Shown piece by piece: positions 34,871 to 49,563 of a stretch of DNA of 64,000 nt. The position numbers and the translations under genes are program-made. The notes under the pieces are model-generated. The model saw only the letters and a list, made by a program, of their open reading frames with translations, searched no databases and had not been told where the DNA came from. The stretch is from the human T2T-CHM13v2.0 reference genome, Homo sapiens. Numbering within the stretch: the first letter of the stretch is position 1; every line of letters starts with the position of its first letter. The stretch is taken from the NCBI RefSeq assembly GCF_009914755.1, contig NC_060926.1; one strand, given 5' to 3'.

Positions 34871-37800
34871 ATCCTGTTTGAAAGGTACTGTAAGATACAG
34901 TTTTTGAAGTCATGGAAAGGACATAAGAAACCATCAGTTTCACCTAAATATAATGGGAGCAGAATAGAAGGCAGGGATTAAAAGTTGCAAGTAGACAAGG
35001 AATAAAAATGGCTGAGTTCTGTAACAGGAACCACTTTGCAAGGGTTCTCAGGGTAAAACGTGACGGTCAGAAGCAGGGGAAGGAGGAAGATTTGTCTTGA
35101 AGCTGTATTCATAGGGTAGCAAAGAGTTTTTACATACACTGTAGGTAATATGTCAATAAACATCTAAATGTTTTTCAACGATTCACAGATTCATCCTTCC
35201 CATGAGATTTTAATCTATGAATTATTTGTGTCTGCTATGGCTGGGGAGGTTACCCATGACATTTTTGGGAGAAGAGTTAAAACCACTCCAAGCCCTTCTG
35301 TTGCTACCACTGAAGTCTCAACTGTTACTGATCACCCCTCTGTAGGCTTATGGCAGATTTGGGGACGGTAACTAGAGGAAAAATAGACATGGTAGAAGTG
35401 CATATATGAAACACATAATTATGAATAAATAAGTAATTAGAAGGGTGCAAAGTACAGGAAAGAAGGAGGTCAGGATGCTCTGGTTACTTTGGTGAGAGAT
35501 ATTTCAGGAAACAATGTTCAGGTTGATACATGATAGATGCATTCAAGTTAGCCAGGTAAAGTGAATAGGAGATGAGAGTCCCAGCCTCAGGCCCAAGGTA
35601 GTGTATGCCAGCGTTCAGGGGGCAGAAGATACCCCACATGAGAGCTCCCTAACTATTTAGGTGTAGAAAAATGATTTTAAAAATGAACTTTATAGATAGC
35701 AAGTGAATGCAGGATAACAAAGGCATTAACGTAGACCTATTAGCAATATGCTCATATCTAGAGATAAAATTTCTGATTTAAAAGTAATTGAAGTACTTTT
35801 CTTTTCTATTTATTTATCTCTATCACACAGGACACAAAAGAACACACAATTATGCTCAATTTTATAGAAAAGCCCGAGAAGAATCTGGGGTAGTGGCATG
35901 TTTGCTGAAATCAGGAACAGCTAGAATGCATGCTTTATCTTCATATACTGATCTCATATCTCAGCAGCCTCGGAATACTACAATCAAACACATCTAATGA
36001 AATGGTTCCAAAAGTAATTGGAACAAAAGCACAAGCCCAAGTAAAGTGTAATTTGTTAAGCTAGCTAAGAATAAGAGACTTAGTTTATGTTCCAAATGCT
36101 ACTTTGAGCTGCAATTCTGTTTATACTCCTTATTGAAAATGTCTCTGCTGCTTGAAATCCTGCAGCAGGGATTGTGAAATCCAAATGCAGACTTCAGATC
36201 CTATTAAGATGAAAAGGATGCCAGTGACTTGGAGAGTGAAGTTAGAAGTAGGGGTTTAGGAATGCTCTTCCTTGGCAAATATATATATGAAGACTCTGAC
36301 CATTCCCTTGATTTTTTGAATCACTGTAAAACCATTCACAAAGAAGAAAATGGCAGAGTTTTTGTAAATCCTTTTCCATGTCATTTTAGTTGCTATGGAG
36401 AAATTTTGCTAAAATATTTCATAAACAGAAAGGAATAATTCAGTTAACAATGAACTCCAGGATGAAGCAAACAGCACTCAGGAATTCTGAAATGAATAGT
36501 CTAATCACTTGATTTGAAAGATGTTTGGGATGTAAATAGGCACTCTAATAGAAGAGCTTTCAAAGTCTAAAATATAGATTCATATATGCCTTGTTATGCG
36601 TCAAAAATGAATTTTTTTCTAACAGAGTACAAATGCCATTTGGAAAGTACTGTTTTTAAAAATGGAAAACAGATGAAAGGAAATATATTAAACAAAGATA
36701 TATCACGCACATTAAAATGTATAAATGTTAAATACATTTATATAGCAGTAACTTAGGTTGAATTACTGCTTAATCAGACTATTACGGATAGTGGAAAAAC
36801 AATAAAAAAGGTAAATTGCTTAAGGATATTTAATGAGACATGCTTATGAATTGCCTACACTTCATTTCATAACTTTTAAGGTTTTACAGTAATTAATTAT
36901 TGTCTATAATCTTGACTTTATTTTAGAAAAATGTTCCAATTTCCAGACAAACTGTTTAAATGAACCAAGTTTATTTCATTATTTCTTTGAATTCAGAGCT
37001 CTCTTGGCAGTGGAATGAAGTATTATACAGACAATCGCACTCTGATCATTGTCACATTGTCTAGTCATATTCTAAGGTAAACTAGTGAATAAGTTAGAAA
37101 TTTCAGCAGAACAATTATGGCTTTATATCATTTACTCTTGATGGCTTAGACTGGAGATAGATGAGTTTGGATATGATATCCATTGAGAATATTGAGATAT
37201 ATCCAATTGAGATATCATTAGGCAAACTTCACGGATTGCCTAATGTCTCTAGAATCAAAAATAATTGTTATTTTTTGACAAAACTTCCAATAGTCTCAAC
37301 AAGACTGAAGAAGGTAGTATTTTTCTCCATTTGTAGATGATAATCAGAATGATTTGTTTACTTTTTAAAGATCTCACATTGAGCTCTATATTTAAACTTT
37401 CTACAATCAACTTTCATGAATCTTACAAATTTTTCCACTACAGTGCATTGTTTGATAATACCAAGATAATTTGGTATACATATGGCCACTTTACTTTCCG
37501 AAGCTACTAGCTTTTGTATCACATCAAACAATATAAGGGCAAACTCTTGATAACATTACTTTAGCAGTAAGCCAAAATGACTATAGGTTGTGCTTCTGGC
37601 AATTTTAGACTAGAAGGTTTCTGACCAAACTTCCAGGTGACAGCATTTAGAAATATTGGTCAAAATATGTAAAGCTTCTGTTTTAAGGCATCAGAAAACT
37701 ACCAAGGCATTGCATTGTAGGATCAAAATTCAGGAGAGGAGGAAGGAACTGAGAGTTGAGCCCTGTGTTTGCACCCTCTTTCCCTTCTGTGTGATTACCA

Positions 37801-38614
37801 GCGGCCGAGTGACTGAAATGTTTAGTTGTGCTCTCATCTTATGTTTAAGGCAGGGTTAACAGAGACTGCAATTCTGGGTCCATAAAGGAGGAATTGTCAC
37901 ATTGTGACAGGGCAGGTGTTTACCTGCCCTGTTAAACACCCAGATTACTGGGATAATAAACGATTAAAAAAATGTGTACTTCAACACTTGTTGGATGCAG
38001 TTAAAGCCCAGATTTGAAGATAATTTGTAGTCTTAAAAGTATATGTTGAAAACAAAGGCTACAATAATGACCCAAACATCCACTTCAAAAGAAACAAAAG
38101 AACAACAAATTAAGCCAAACACATATAAAAGGAACTGATAAAGATAAAAGCAGATATTAATTAAATAAAAAATAAATATGTAATTAGAAGTATCAACAAA
38201 CCCAAAAGTTAGTTCTTTGAAGAGACTAATAAAATCGATAAATACTTAGCAAAACTAATTAAGAATTTAAGAAAAAAAGACAAACAAAACCAATATAAAA
38301 ATGACAAAATGGAATATCATTATTAAATTTATGGACATACACATCATAAGCAGAAATTACATGTAAGTTTACACCAAAATATTTAAAAATTTTGGTAGCA
38401 CAAAAATAAATCAAAGATCTGAATTGTTCCACACCTGCTAAAAATTCATAATGAAAAATTTTCCCATGAAGAAAATAATAGGCTTCATTAGCTTTACCCA
38501 ACTAAGTTATACAAATAACAAAAGAAGAAATAACTTCAATATTTCACAGAATCCACTATAGAATAGAAATATTGCAAATAGTTCCCAACTTATTTTATGA
38601 AAACTACAAAACTT

Positions 38615-38925
38615 GGACTGGGCGCAATGGCCCATACCTGTAATTCCAGTACTTTGGGAGGCTGAGGCAGGTGGATCACTTGAGACCAGGAGTTTGAAAC
38701 AGCCTGGGAAACATGGCGAAATCCCGTCTCTACTAAAAATACAAAAATTAGCAAGGAGTGATGGTGTGCCCCTGTAGTCCCAGCTACTTGGGAGGCTGAG
38801 GCACGAGTATCACTTGAACCTGGGAGGTGGAGGTTGCAGTTGGCAGTCAGCTCAGATCGAGCCACTGCACTCCAGCCTAGATGACAGAGTGAGACTCTGT
38901 CTCAAGAAACAAACAAACAAAAAAC
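38615..38925 (+). mobile_element. AluS/Jb-like
   Basis: Full dimer; exact TSD aaaactacaaaactt at 38600-38614 and 38926-38940. Confidence 0.93.
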
Positions 38926-40374
38926 AAAACTACAAAACTTAAATACCAACGTCTAATAAGAACATTCAATGATAAAAATCACAGACCAATCTCTCTCATG
39001 AATGGCCATGATAAAATCCTACAATAGTGGCAAACAAAATCCAGCAATACGCAAAAGATAACATCACAATCAAGTGGTGTTTCTCATACTAATGTAAGTC
39101 TGGTTCAATGTTTAAATACTAATTAATGTAATTTACCTTTTTAATGGAATATAAGAGAAAATGTAAATTATCATTTCAATAAAAATATTAAAAATTAGGC
39201 AAAATTGAACACCATATTTTTTTACAAACCCAACTGTTAGAAAACTAAGACAAAAGGTAACTTTTTTGATTTTATAATGATAATTTCAATTATCTAAATA
39301 CAGAAAAAGTTGTACTTAATGGTGAAATGTTGAAAGCTTTTCTTCTGTGGTCAGGAAGGTGACAAAGATGCCTCCTATCTCTATGTCTACTCAACATTCT
39401 AAAGGGTGTCGTAAGCAATACAATCTGGTAAGAAAAAGAAATAAATACTGTGAAGGCTTAGAAGGGAAGAAATGAAAGTATAATTATTTGCTCATGATAA
39501 GATTGTGTATGCATAAAATCCAAAATAATGTACTTGATGCATTCTTAGAATTAATAATTTAGCCAGACTTCTGTGTACATGGCCACTCTACAAAAAGCAC
39601 TTTAACATTTAATGTAAGTAACAGAAAGTGACATTTAATGGAAAGCATCAAACAATTTCAAATAACTAAGAATAAATGTAAAAAATATGTTCATCCTCTA
39701 CATAGAAAATTGTAATTTATTATTGAAAAATAAAGATTATTTAAATAAATGAAGTCATATATCACATTTATGAATCAGAGGGTCAATATTATAAAACAAT
39801 AATGACCTCCATGTTGATCTATAGATTAAATGCAATTCCAATATAAATCTCAGAATAATTTATTTATTTGTTTTGTAGAAATCACAAGCTCATTCTAAAA
39901 TTTGTACTGAAATGCCAAAGGGTAAGAATAGAACCAACAACCACAAAGAAGTGGGAGGACTTATTTCATCAGATATGAAGACTTATTGTAAAGCCACAGT
40001 AATTAATCCAACGTCCTTTTGGCTCAAGGGTATATATTTACCAATAGATAAATATATAGCCCAGAAACAGACCCTTGTATGCATGAACTTGATTTATAGC
40101 AAAGGAAGCACTGTAGTGCAGTGGGTAATAAAGGTCTTTTCAAAATACTGATGCTGAGTCAATTGGTTATTCGGAGAGAAGAAAATAAATCTTGACCCCT
40201 ACTTCTCATCATACACAAAAACCAATCTCAAGTAAATCATAGATCTAAATATAAATGGTAAAGCAGTATAGCTTCTAGGAAACAATATAGGAAAATAGCT
40301 TCATAACCTTGAAGTAGAGGATATAACAGGACATAAAAAATGCTAATTATAAAAAGATAAACCGTACAACATTA

Positions 40375-40746
<372 letters not shown>

Positions 40747-40957
40747 TTAGTTAGGGAGGCAGCATCTGCAAACTATATAAATAACAAAGACCTTATATGC
40801 AAAATATAAAAAGAGTTATTTCACATCAATAAGAAAAGAAGACACACAACTCAATAGAAAAGCAGTCACTTCATAAGATAAGATATGCAAATGGCCCACA
40901 ATTATATGAAAAGGTGCTCAACATTATTGTTTTTGGGAACCTTAAGATGCCCCTGCT

Positions 40958-41278
<321 letters not shown>

Positions 41279-41509
41279 ATACCCCTGCCTATCTGTCGCA
41301 ATTACTAAAATAAAAACGTCTGACAATACCAGCCATTGGTAAGGCTGCAGAGGGACTAGAACTGTGATATTTGGTGTTAGGGAGAATAAATTGCTTCAGC
41401 TGTTTTGGAAAACTGTCAGGATACAATAAAGCTGAACCTAGCAATGCCATTCCTTTGTTTATATCTAATAGAACTGTTCACATAAAATAGGTACAAAATG
41501 TTTATATAA

Positions 41510-41925
41510 CTATATTAGTAACAAATTACGGTCCCCTCCCAACTTAGCAGATTACAATAATAAACATTTATTATCTCACAGCTTCTGTGGTTCAGGAATT
41601 TGTGTGCAGCATATCTGGGAGCCTTCAGCTCAAGGTCTCTCATGAGGTTCCAGCAAAGCATTGGTCTTGTCTGAAGGCTGATCATGGTCTGTCTTTGAAG
41701 GCTGGAATTGGGGAGGATCTCCTTCCAAGCTCACTCACAGCATTGGCAGTAAGATTCAGTTCCTTGTGGAATGTGTGCCAGAGGTCACCCTCGCTTCCCT
41801 CTCCATGGAGCTATCCACAGAGCAGTTCACAACATAGCAGCTGGATTTCCTTCCCAAGTGAGCCAGCAAGAGTGACCAAGAAAATGCCAGTCCTTCAGGA
41901 GGCAGCTCCACAAAGAGTGTGACTA
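41510..41925 (-). mobile_element. MaLR LTR (MLT1F-like), partial
   Basis: aaacatttattatctcacagcttctgtggttcaggaattt...gtctctcatgaggtt...ttcacaacatagcagctggatttcc. Confidence 0.8.
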
Positions 41926-42484
41926 TTAGGAAACAGCGATCATTGAGAGTTCTCTCAGAGACTGCTGAGCTTATGCCATTATTCAAAGTAGCCAAATAAT
42001 GGAAACAAGCCAGTAGGATCAATATGCTGTGCTATTGCAATACAGAAGAATATTATACTGCAATGAAAACAAACAATTGCTGTGCAAAGTAACATGGATA
42101 ATTTTTGCAATGTAATGTTGAGCAAAAAAAAAAAAAGTCAGAGACAAATGACTCCTATTGCATTATCCTCTATGTAATGGCAAAAAAATGGTACAACTAA
42201 TGTTTGTTTATTTTTGGAAGTGGGGGATGGATTAGTTGCTAGGGGAAGGCATGCAAAGAGATATATCTGGATGCTAATTATGTTTTATTTCTTGACCAGT
42301 GTGGTGGTTATATGTGTAATCACTTTTTGATAATTCACTGAGAGGCATACACACATGATTTGTGCACTTCTCCCTCTGTATTTATATGTGTATATACACA
42401 TATATATATACACATATACATGAATATACACACACTATATTTCCATAAAACGTTTATTTGCACATTGATTTTATATACTTGGTG

Positions 42485-42682
42485 CTTCATGTCCTTGGGT
42501 TCTGCAATATATGTGCAGATTCAACCAGTCACAGATCAAAAATACTTGAAAAAAATAACAAAAACAATAAAAATAATATAAATAAAAATTTAAATAACAA
42601 CTATTTACACAGCATTTACACTGTATTATACCATATGTGTACTCTAGAGATTAAAGTATGTGCATAGATTATATGCAAATTC
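42485..42682. mobile_element. MER2/MER2B-like TcMar-Tigger fragment
   Basis: gattcaaccagtcacagatcaaaaatac...aacaactatttacacagcatttacactgtatta...ctagagattaaagtat...ttatatgcaaat. Confidence 0.8.
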
Positions 42683-44739
42683 AAAGGAGACTGCAATACT
42701 GCAGAGAAGATTTGTTGTTTGAAGTCTAAGACACCAATGCATCTGACACGCTAATAATTTAGGCTACTTTCTCATGAATAAGTGGACTGAATTGGAATTT
42801 TGAGATGTATGTCTGTAGTACCTTACCTCCCGGCTCATTATCTCTTCCCCACCACCTTCTCCAGAAAACTCCTAAGTATCCAAAAACATTGTGATTGAAA
42901 GCTGCCTTGAGTTAAAAATGTTAACAGAAGAAGAAGTGTTGCAGGTTTAATATCCATGCAACTGCTTCCATGAAAGAGACATAGGAGAGCCAGAGATGAG
43001 AGGATTTATATCCCTAGTGAGAGCAGTGGACAGGGAGGGAAGTGAAGTGTCCTGAGCGAGGGCAGATGTAAGCCTCCAGCCCTAAGAACATCAGGTCCAG
43101 AGGTACTTGATGTCTTTACAGAAACCAGAGATTCAATAAGAGCAGAGAGCACACAGAGTGAGCTGAGAGATGTAGAGGTAATGAAGTAGCTGATAAGTCA
43201 GAAAAATAAAAAAAAAGTAAAACAGATAAGAAAGACTAGTTGGATAACTTAAGCTGTAGATTGACAAAAGTTGTATTGTTGGGGATAAAAATCTCAGTTC
43301 TGCAGAATGTTGAAAGGCACTAAAGCAAGGCTAAAACAGCTTTGACCTGAACTCTTCTCTGATGGAGAAAGACCATGAGTATCCAGGAATGATGGATCTG
43401 GAAGGAGAAACTGTGAGGTTCAGTGAGTTAGAAAGATTAGAACTTTCTTTCCTGGTGGAGCCAGAGGGAGAGCAGCTCCATGCTGAGGAAAGCTATAGAG
43501 GGTGTAGGGCCGTGTCCGGTTAATTGGCTAATATTAAACGTGACAGCCACACTGCATTTCTGACATTCTAGGCTGTGTGTGGAAGAATGCTTCAGAAAGG
43601 TACTCAGGGGAAAGTATGGCCATTATGAGAGAGACTTCTGTTTTCGAGTCCTATCCTAAGGCAATGTATTTCAAGGGTCTGTTACGAGGCTGATTAGAAA
43701 GACACCTTCCACAAAATTCTCAGACCTGTGCCTTCACAACCACAAAACTTCCTATCAGGAGTTTTGGGTTCCCCAGGAGCCATGGAATATTGGTAAAATC
43801 AATTTTTCCTCAACCAGCAAGTGGATACTTCCTATCTACGTGACTACTCTGTTATTCAAGGAGATTTATTCAAGTACCAAGGTACTAATATTCCTGAATT
43901 GCTATAAATATTGAATTAAAAGAATCAATCAAATGTTATTCATTGAGAAACTTGAGTTGGAATAAGCAATATAGACAGCTTTCGAGGTCTCTATGGTATT
44001 AAACACTTCATATACATATTTCATATGGGACAATGATTACACAAGCTTGTATTTGGTAAGAAGGGAACATTTTTCTAAGGTGTTTTCCCAAAGCAGCTTA
44101 GCTAGAGGTGCTGCAAAGTAAAGAGCTTAATCATGTGTGGAATAAAAATAAGGTGTTTGTACAAGACGAGCTATAATGGCTAAGATGTCCTGTGCACCCA
44201 TGGAACCTTGGACTATAGCCTGAGTCTGTATTAGATTCCTTTAATAACTACCATCAAACTTTATTTTACATACATATTTTTAAATAAATTTCTTCTACTA
44301 GATGGCCTTGTAGAAGGCCGTGTGTTTGGAATCCCCTGGTAGGCTACCATTTTTGCAGTGTGGTGGAGATAGTGACTCTTGTATGATTTCTCTTCCTTCT
44401 TGTGACAGGAGGAAGAAACTTTAATGACAGTCATTACATTCCCCCAGACTTTCACATGGAAGGTGAGTTAATTATATTTATTCACACACACATACACATA
44501 CTCTTCTCTTTCCTCATCTCTTTTTGCTTTTCTTCTTTTTTAGATGCCTGAAGCACTCAGACAGAATTTTCTTGTTTACTAAGAGGTTGGTATTTCAGTT
44601 CTCTCTTCTCCTTATAAAAATTATCCTCTCTTGTAGCATTTGAGGCTGGATGGAAATTTCATCTCTTGAAGTTAGAGTTGGGATCTATGCCAGTTTGAGT
44701 CATGGGAAGTAAATGTCATTCCTGAAGATGTGAATTTCA

Positions 44740-45075
44740 CCTACCGACATACATTGAGTGCCTCATACCCAATCCACATTGCTAAGCACCGTAGAAGCAC
44801 AGAGGAATGCAAGATAAGGTCCCTGTGCTCAGGGAGTGTGAAAGATATGCACACACACATCAAACCAAAATACAAAGCAGTCGGTACAGAGGAACACGGA
44901 AGGTGAAGAGAGGGTAAGGGCTTTATCATTGTGCGGAAAGGAGACAGTTCCGCTAGCTGTGGTGCTCAGGATAAGTTTAATGGTAAAATAGGCACTTACA
45001 GGAGACCTGGCAGTGGATAAGATTTGGATGGACAGAGAGAAGAGACAGCAGGAATTTCAGGTATGTGAGGAAATA
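44740..45075 (-). mobile_element. L2 fragment
   Basis: cattgagtgcct...aagataaggtccctgtgctcaggga. Confidence 0.6.
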
Positions 45076-45559
45076 CATAACCATTCTACAAATGACTCAT
45101 CATATAAGTCTTTTCCCAGTATAGACAGTTTCTTCTAAATGTAATGTCCCTTTCATCCTGAATTCTTCTAGAGCATTTAAAACCTGATTTGATTTATGCA
45201 TAGTCTTCTGGAGCACGCTGATAACATAAAGCCAGGTAAGAACTCACATTTATTAGATGTGCTACCACTACACCTATCTTTGACCTCCATGGTTTCAATT
45301 TCTAGAGTCATCAACAAGATTGGCTACTAAGGGGATTCTAATAATTTTATCAGGGGTACAGCAGTTCTATTGCTTGCCCTTCAAACTCAGCTTAGATGCA
45401 GCCTTCTCTTATTAGGGTGCTGTCCTCCAACTTCTCAAAGCACCCTGTGATTTTGTGCATCATGTCTTTTCCCTTAGGCTCCCCTGAGGACAAGGACTAG
45501 AACTTCTTCGTCTTCTCTACATCATCCAGTACCTGGCCCATGGTAAACACTTAGTATTG

Positions 45560-45790
45560 CTTATTGTGTCAGGCCCTAAACTTTATGCTTTCTATGCCTT
45601 ATCTCATTTAATTCATCAGCAATTATGTGTTATTATTATTATTGTTACTCACCTTTTATAGATGAGGAAACTGAGGCATGGAGAAGTTAAGTGACTAGCT
45701 GGAGGTCACACAGCTGCTACATGTCAGAAGAAAGACTTGAACCCAGATACCTAGCCCTAGAGTCTGTGCTCTTAAACACTGTATTACCCA
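45560..45790 (-). mobile_element. MIR
   Basis: ttttatagatgaggaaactgaggcatggagaagttaagtgact...ggtcacacagct...cttgaacccaga. Confidence 0.9.
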
Positions 45791-45808
45791 CTCAGCCATT
45801 CCTTCAAA

Positions 45809-45956
45809 TAGACAGACTTTTGCTCTGTCACCCAGGCTGGAATGCAGGGGTGCAATCATGGCTCACTGCAGTCTTGAACTCTTTGGCTCAATTGATCCTC
45901 CCACCTCAGGCTCTCTGGTAGGTGGGAGTACAGTCACGTGCTATCATGCCTGGCTA

Positions 45957-46001
<45 letters not shown>

Positions 46002-46123
46002 TTTTTGTAGAGGGTTCCATCTCTGGGGTTCCAGGCTGGTCTCAAACTCCTGGACTCAAGTGATCCTCCTGCCTTGGCCTTCCAAAGTGCTGGCATTACA
46101 GGCATGAGCCATCGTGTCCGGCC
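45809..46123 (-). mobile_element. AluJ lacking poly-A tail, middle linker replaced by (TG)~19
   Basis: J diagnostics; (TG)n at 45961-45999. Confidence 0.9.
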
Positions 46124-46185
46124 TTCCTTAGGTCTTTGGAATTATTTGACCACAGTGTGAGTTGCTCCAGAACTAGTGGCTGGAA

Positions 46186-46452
46186 ATCCCAAGTCTCCTC
46201 CTTTCAGTTGAGCATAATTTGTATCTTTGGAGATCCTTTTGTTAGGTGGCTGTCTTCTGTCCTGTGTGTACATCCCAGATCTCCTCCTTTCAGTTGAACA
46301 TAATTTGTATCTTTGGAGATCCTTTTGTTAGGTTGCTGTTTTCTGTCCTGTGTGTACATCCCAGATCTCCTCCTTTCAGTTGAACATAATTTGTATCTTT
46401 GGAGATCCTTTTGTTAGATTGCTGTCTTCTGTCCTGTGTGTCCATCCCAGAT
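46186..46452. repeat. Minisatellite, 86-bp unit x ~3.1
   Basis: tctcctcctttcagttga(g/a)cataatttgtatctttggagatcc... starts at 46194, 46280 and 46366; only a few substitutions between copies. Confidence 0.97.
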
Positions 46453-48375
46453 TTATCTCTGCACCTGAGATGAGGCTTTGTTTATTCTCTGGACTCAGAA
46501 TCCACACTGAACTCCCACTTAGCATTTTTGAAGTTGACGTTCTCAGGACTTTGCAGGTATTTACTCATTGCTACTAAAATTCTCATCATTATCATTAGTT
46601 TTTCTTAAGTTACCACCTCATTAAGTTCCTTTGAGAAATTTTACACCTCTGTTCTCTAATCATCTGGAAAAACACTTTATTGCTTAAAAGTCAGCAGATA
46701 TGAACATGTAACTATTTAGTGTATAATAATCATAAATTAAAAATTCATCTTAGATTTTGCAGAAATAAGTGGAATATATTCCAGCCATTTGAAACTATGC
46801 TTGTAAAGTATTTGCTGAGTTTTTATTTTATTTCAGATTCTATGTTTTTGCTCTTAATTTTTTGTTTCTCTCTTTATTCATTTTCCTTGTGCCGATTGAG
46901 CCAAGTGATTGAATACAGTCACCATAAGGGGATGGGCTGTTTGCTGCTTTGACTGGGGTAGACTGTTCTTCCAGGACAGTGCTCGCTTAAGCAGCTGTCT
47001 TATATAGAACTGGCACAGGCCTGGGCAAGGTGGACTTCTGCCTACAGGAAGTGCTTGGCAGGCCTTTGGCAGGGTTTCCCAGCTTCCCAGAAGAGGTCAG
47101 GAGAACTCTTTCAGGAGTTCCTTATCTTGGACCCAAATTTCCACAATTCTCACCCCTCCTGTGGAGTAGACTACAATCGCTGGTATTAACACCAACTGTT
47201 TCTCTCCTATGAGAGCTGATAATGATAATGTTGATCTCACCGGGTGGTAATGGTTGGTCAGATAAGGAAAGAACACAAAGATTTGAGGTAGTGAATCTCT
47301 CTGGACAGTGAATAAATAATATTGCATTCAAAAGAGAGTATTCAATACAGTCATTTTATCTCTGCAATGATTTATTTAACAAGAACATTTTTAAAAATCC
47401 AAGAAATAGCAAACCAGTAGAATGAGTGCTGTAGGATTTATGACAAAATACAGCCCTAAGTATGCTCCAAAGTTTCCATCAGCTCCTTCTCCTCATTTCC
47501 CTCCCCTTCTCCTTGACCTCTGTCGGAAGGCCTTCTCTCTCCTTCCTTTTCCTCCTGTTGCTTTTCTTCTTTCTCTCTGTCTCTCCTTTTTTTTTGTTTC
47601 TATTGACAGAAATAAATGGAGAGAAAGAAGAGGAGTGGATCAAAGAGATGGGATAAGATTTGAAGAAGATCAATCTCTTGATTTCTAAGTAGGAAGAAAT
47701 CAGGACAGAAGGAAGAGACACTAAGGAGAAAAGAGAGCAAATGGGTACTTTGCTGAGTGCCACTAGATGTTTCAATGTTGAGAAGAGCTTGCATAAAGGT
47801 TGCTTAAAAATACATTACATTAAGTAGAAGACTTTTCTCTCCAGAATGTAAGACAAACAGAAACAATCAGAAAAGGATTATGGCATCAGAGGACAGCAGA
47901 GTCTTTTTTCCTTGGAGAAAGAGGGAACCAGATACCAACCTGGCCTCCTCAACCATCGCCTAGGGCCAGAGCAGCTGCTCGGTCTGTTCTACTTGTTCTA
48001 GTAGCAGAATTTTGGTGATTCCCTCATACTTGCCCTTTGAAATCTAGGTTTCCCATCCCTGCTGCCATCTGGCATTCTCCCTGCTGTGTAGTCTCTCTAA
48101 ACATGGGTTAGGCTAAGCCAGGCAAATGCTTCTCTACAAAGAGCAAACCGTCTCTCCCTTCCCTTGGAAAGAGCACTGAACCTGGAAATGGATATGGGCA
48201 AGTGCCACAGAGAGCCAGCTTACTATAAAAAGATTCAGATTTGCACAATGGACAAAGAGCTCCTCTTAGTATTCAGTTCTTCTTATATATTTTAGATGTA
48301 ACTGGATTTGTATACACACTCATACATACACATGCAAAGACATGTTAGTCTGTAGCTTGTCAAGAATCGTTTTGA

Positions 48376-48681
48376 GGCTGGGTGCAGTGGCTCATGCCTG
48401 TAATCCCAGCATTTTGGTAGGCCAAGGCAGGAGGATTGCTTGAGCCCAGGAATTCAAGATCAGCCTGGGCAATATAGGGAAACCTCATCTCTACAAAAAA
48501 TTGAAAAAGTAGCTGAGTGTGGTGGCGTGCATCTGTAGTCCCACCTACTTTGGAGGCCAAGGTGGGAAAATCATTTGCGCCCAGCGGGTGGGGGTTACAA
48601 TGAGCCAAGATCATGCCACTGCACTCCAGCCTGGGTGACAGAGTGACACTCCTTCTCTTAAAAAGAAAAAAAAAAAAAGAA
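48376..48681 (+). mobile_element. AluJ
   Basis: ggaggattgcttgagcccaggaattcaagatcagcctgggcaatatag; A tail. Confidence 0.92.
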
Positions 48682-49254
48682 ACCTAATGCTTAGAGTAAA
48701 GAGCATCTAAGGAAAGATGGTTATGTTTAATTTCAAATTTGTCAGGGCTGTGTATTTCCTGTCTGCTTCTCTTTTCTTTCTCTTTTTTTAATCTGGCCAT
48801 CAGTAATTTATGAAAATATATAATTTTCATTGTAATTCAAATAATACCTACCATAGTGCCCAGCATGGTCACATGGTCTCTGCTGTGGGGAACTTACAAC
48901 TTGGCAATAGGCATGCACATAATTAAGCAATAAGTCCTATAGTGTCCAAAGGAAATGAAGACTCTTTACCCTGTTTGCTAATTTATGAATCAATTTAGTC
49001 TTCCTCTTGTGACTTTCCTTTTTGGAAGATTTTCTTAAACTCAGTGGATACGCTCAATAGTGTCTCTAAATTATGTTTTTACCTGTTTGTTTGCATGTGA
49101 AATTTAATTCTAGTTTTCCCAATTTGAAAGAATTTACCTAAAATGTCACATGCTGGATTCTGTGAATGCCATGCCCGGTGCTAGTCACAGAGGCTGGGAA
49201 TTCCATGGACGGCCCAGGGATCTCAACACAATGTGCTGAATGATGGTTCTGCTC

Positions 49255-49510
49255 CAGGTGATGTGCTAAATGCTGCAACAGGGATACAGCCCCATCTTCA
49301 AGGAGCTTAGAATGTTCTAGAAAGGACAGATTCAAATGCCACAAATGTGCACAAGGCAGGCAGAAATTATTTCTGACCAGAGAGAATAAGCAAGGCTTTA
49401 TGGAAGAGACATGATTTGGGTAGGTTGAAAGATCACTGAATGGTGAGGAGGTAGTAAGATACAGAAGTAAGAAAATTTCAGGAAGAGACAGAGAACCAAA
49501 AGAAATCCAT
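49255..49510 (-). mobile_element. L2 fragment
   Basis: ccaggtgatgtgctaaatgctg...cttcaaggagcttagaatgttctag. Confidence 0.6.
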
Positions 49511-49515
49511 AGAGG

Positions 49516-49563
49516 GAGTGTAAGGGACACTGCCGTGAGTGCAAGGGACACTGCTGTGAGTGC
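49516..49563. repeat. 21-bp tandem duplication
   Basis: gagtg(t/c)aagggacactgc(c/t)gt x2 plus gagtgc. Confidence 0.9.

Noticed and set aside
46186-46452. Possible CRISPR-like array
   Set aside because: Head-to-tail 86-bp units without unique spacers, primate context, no cas genes.
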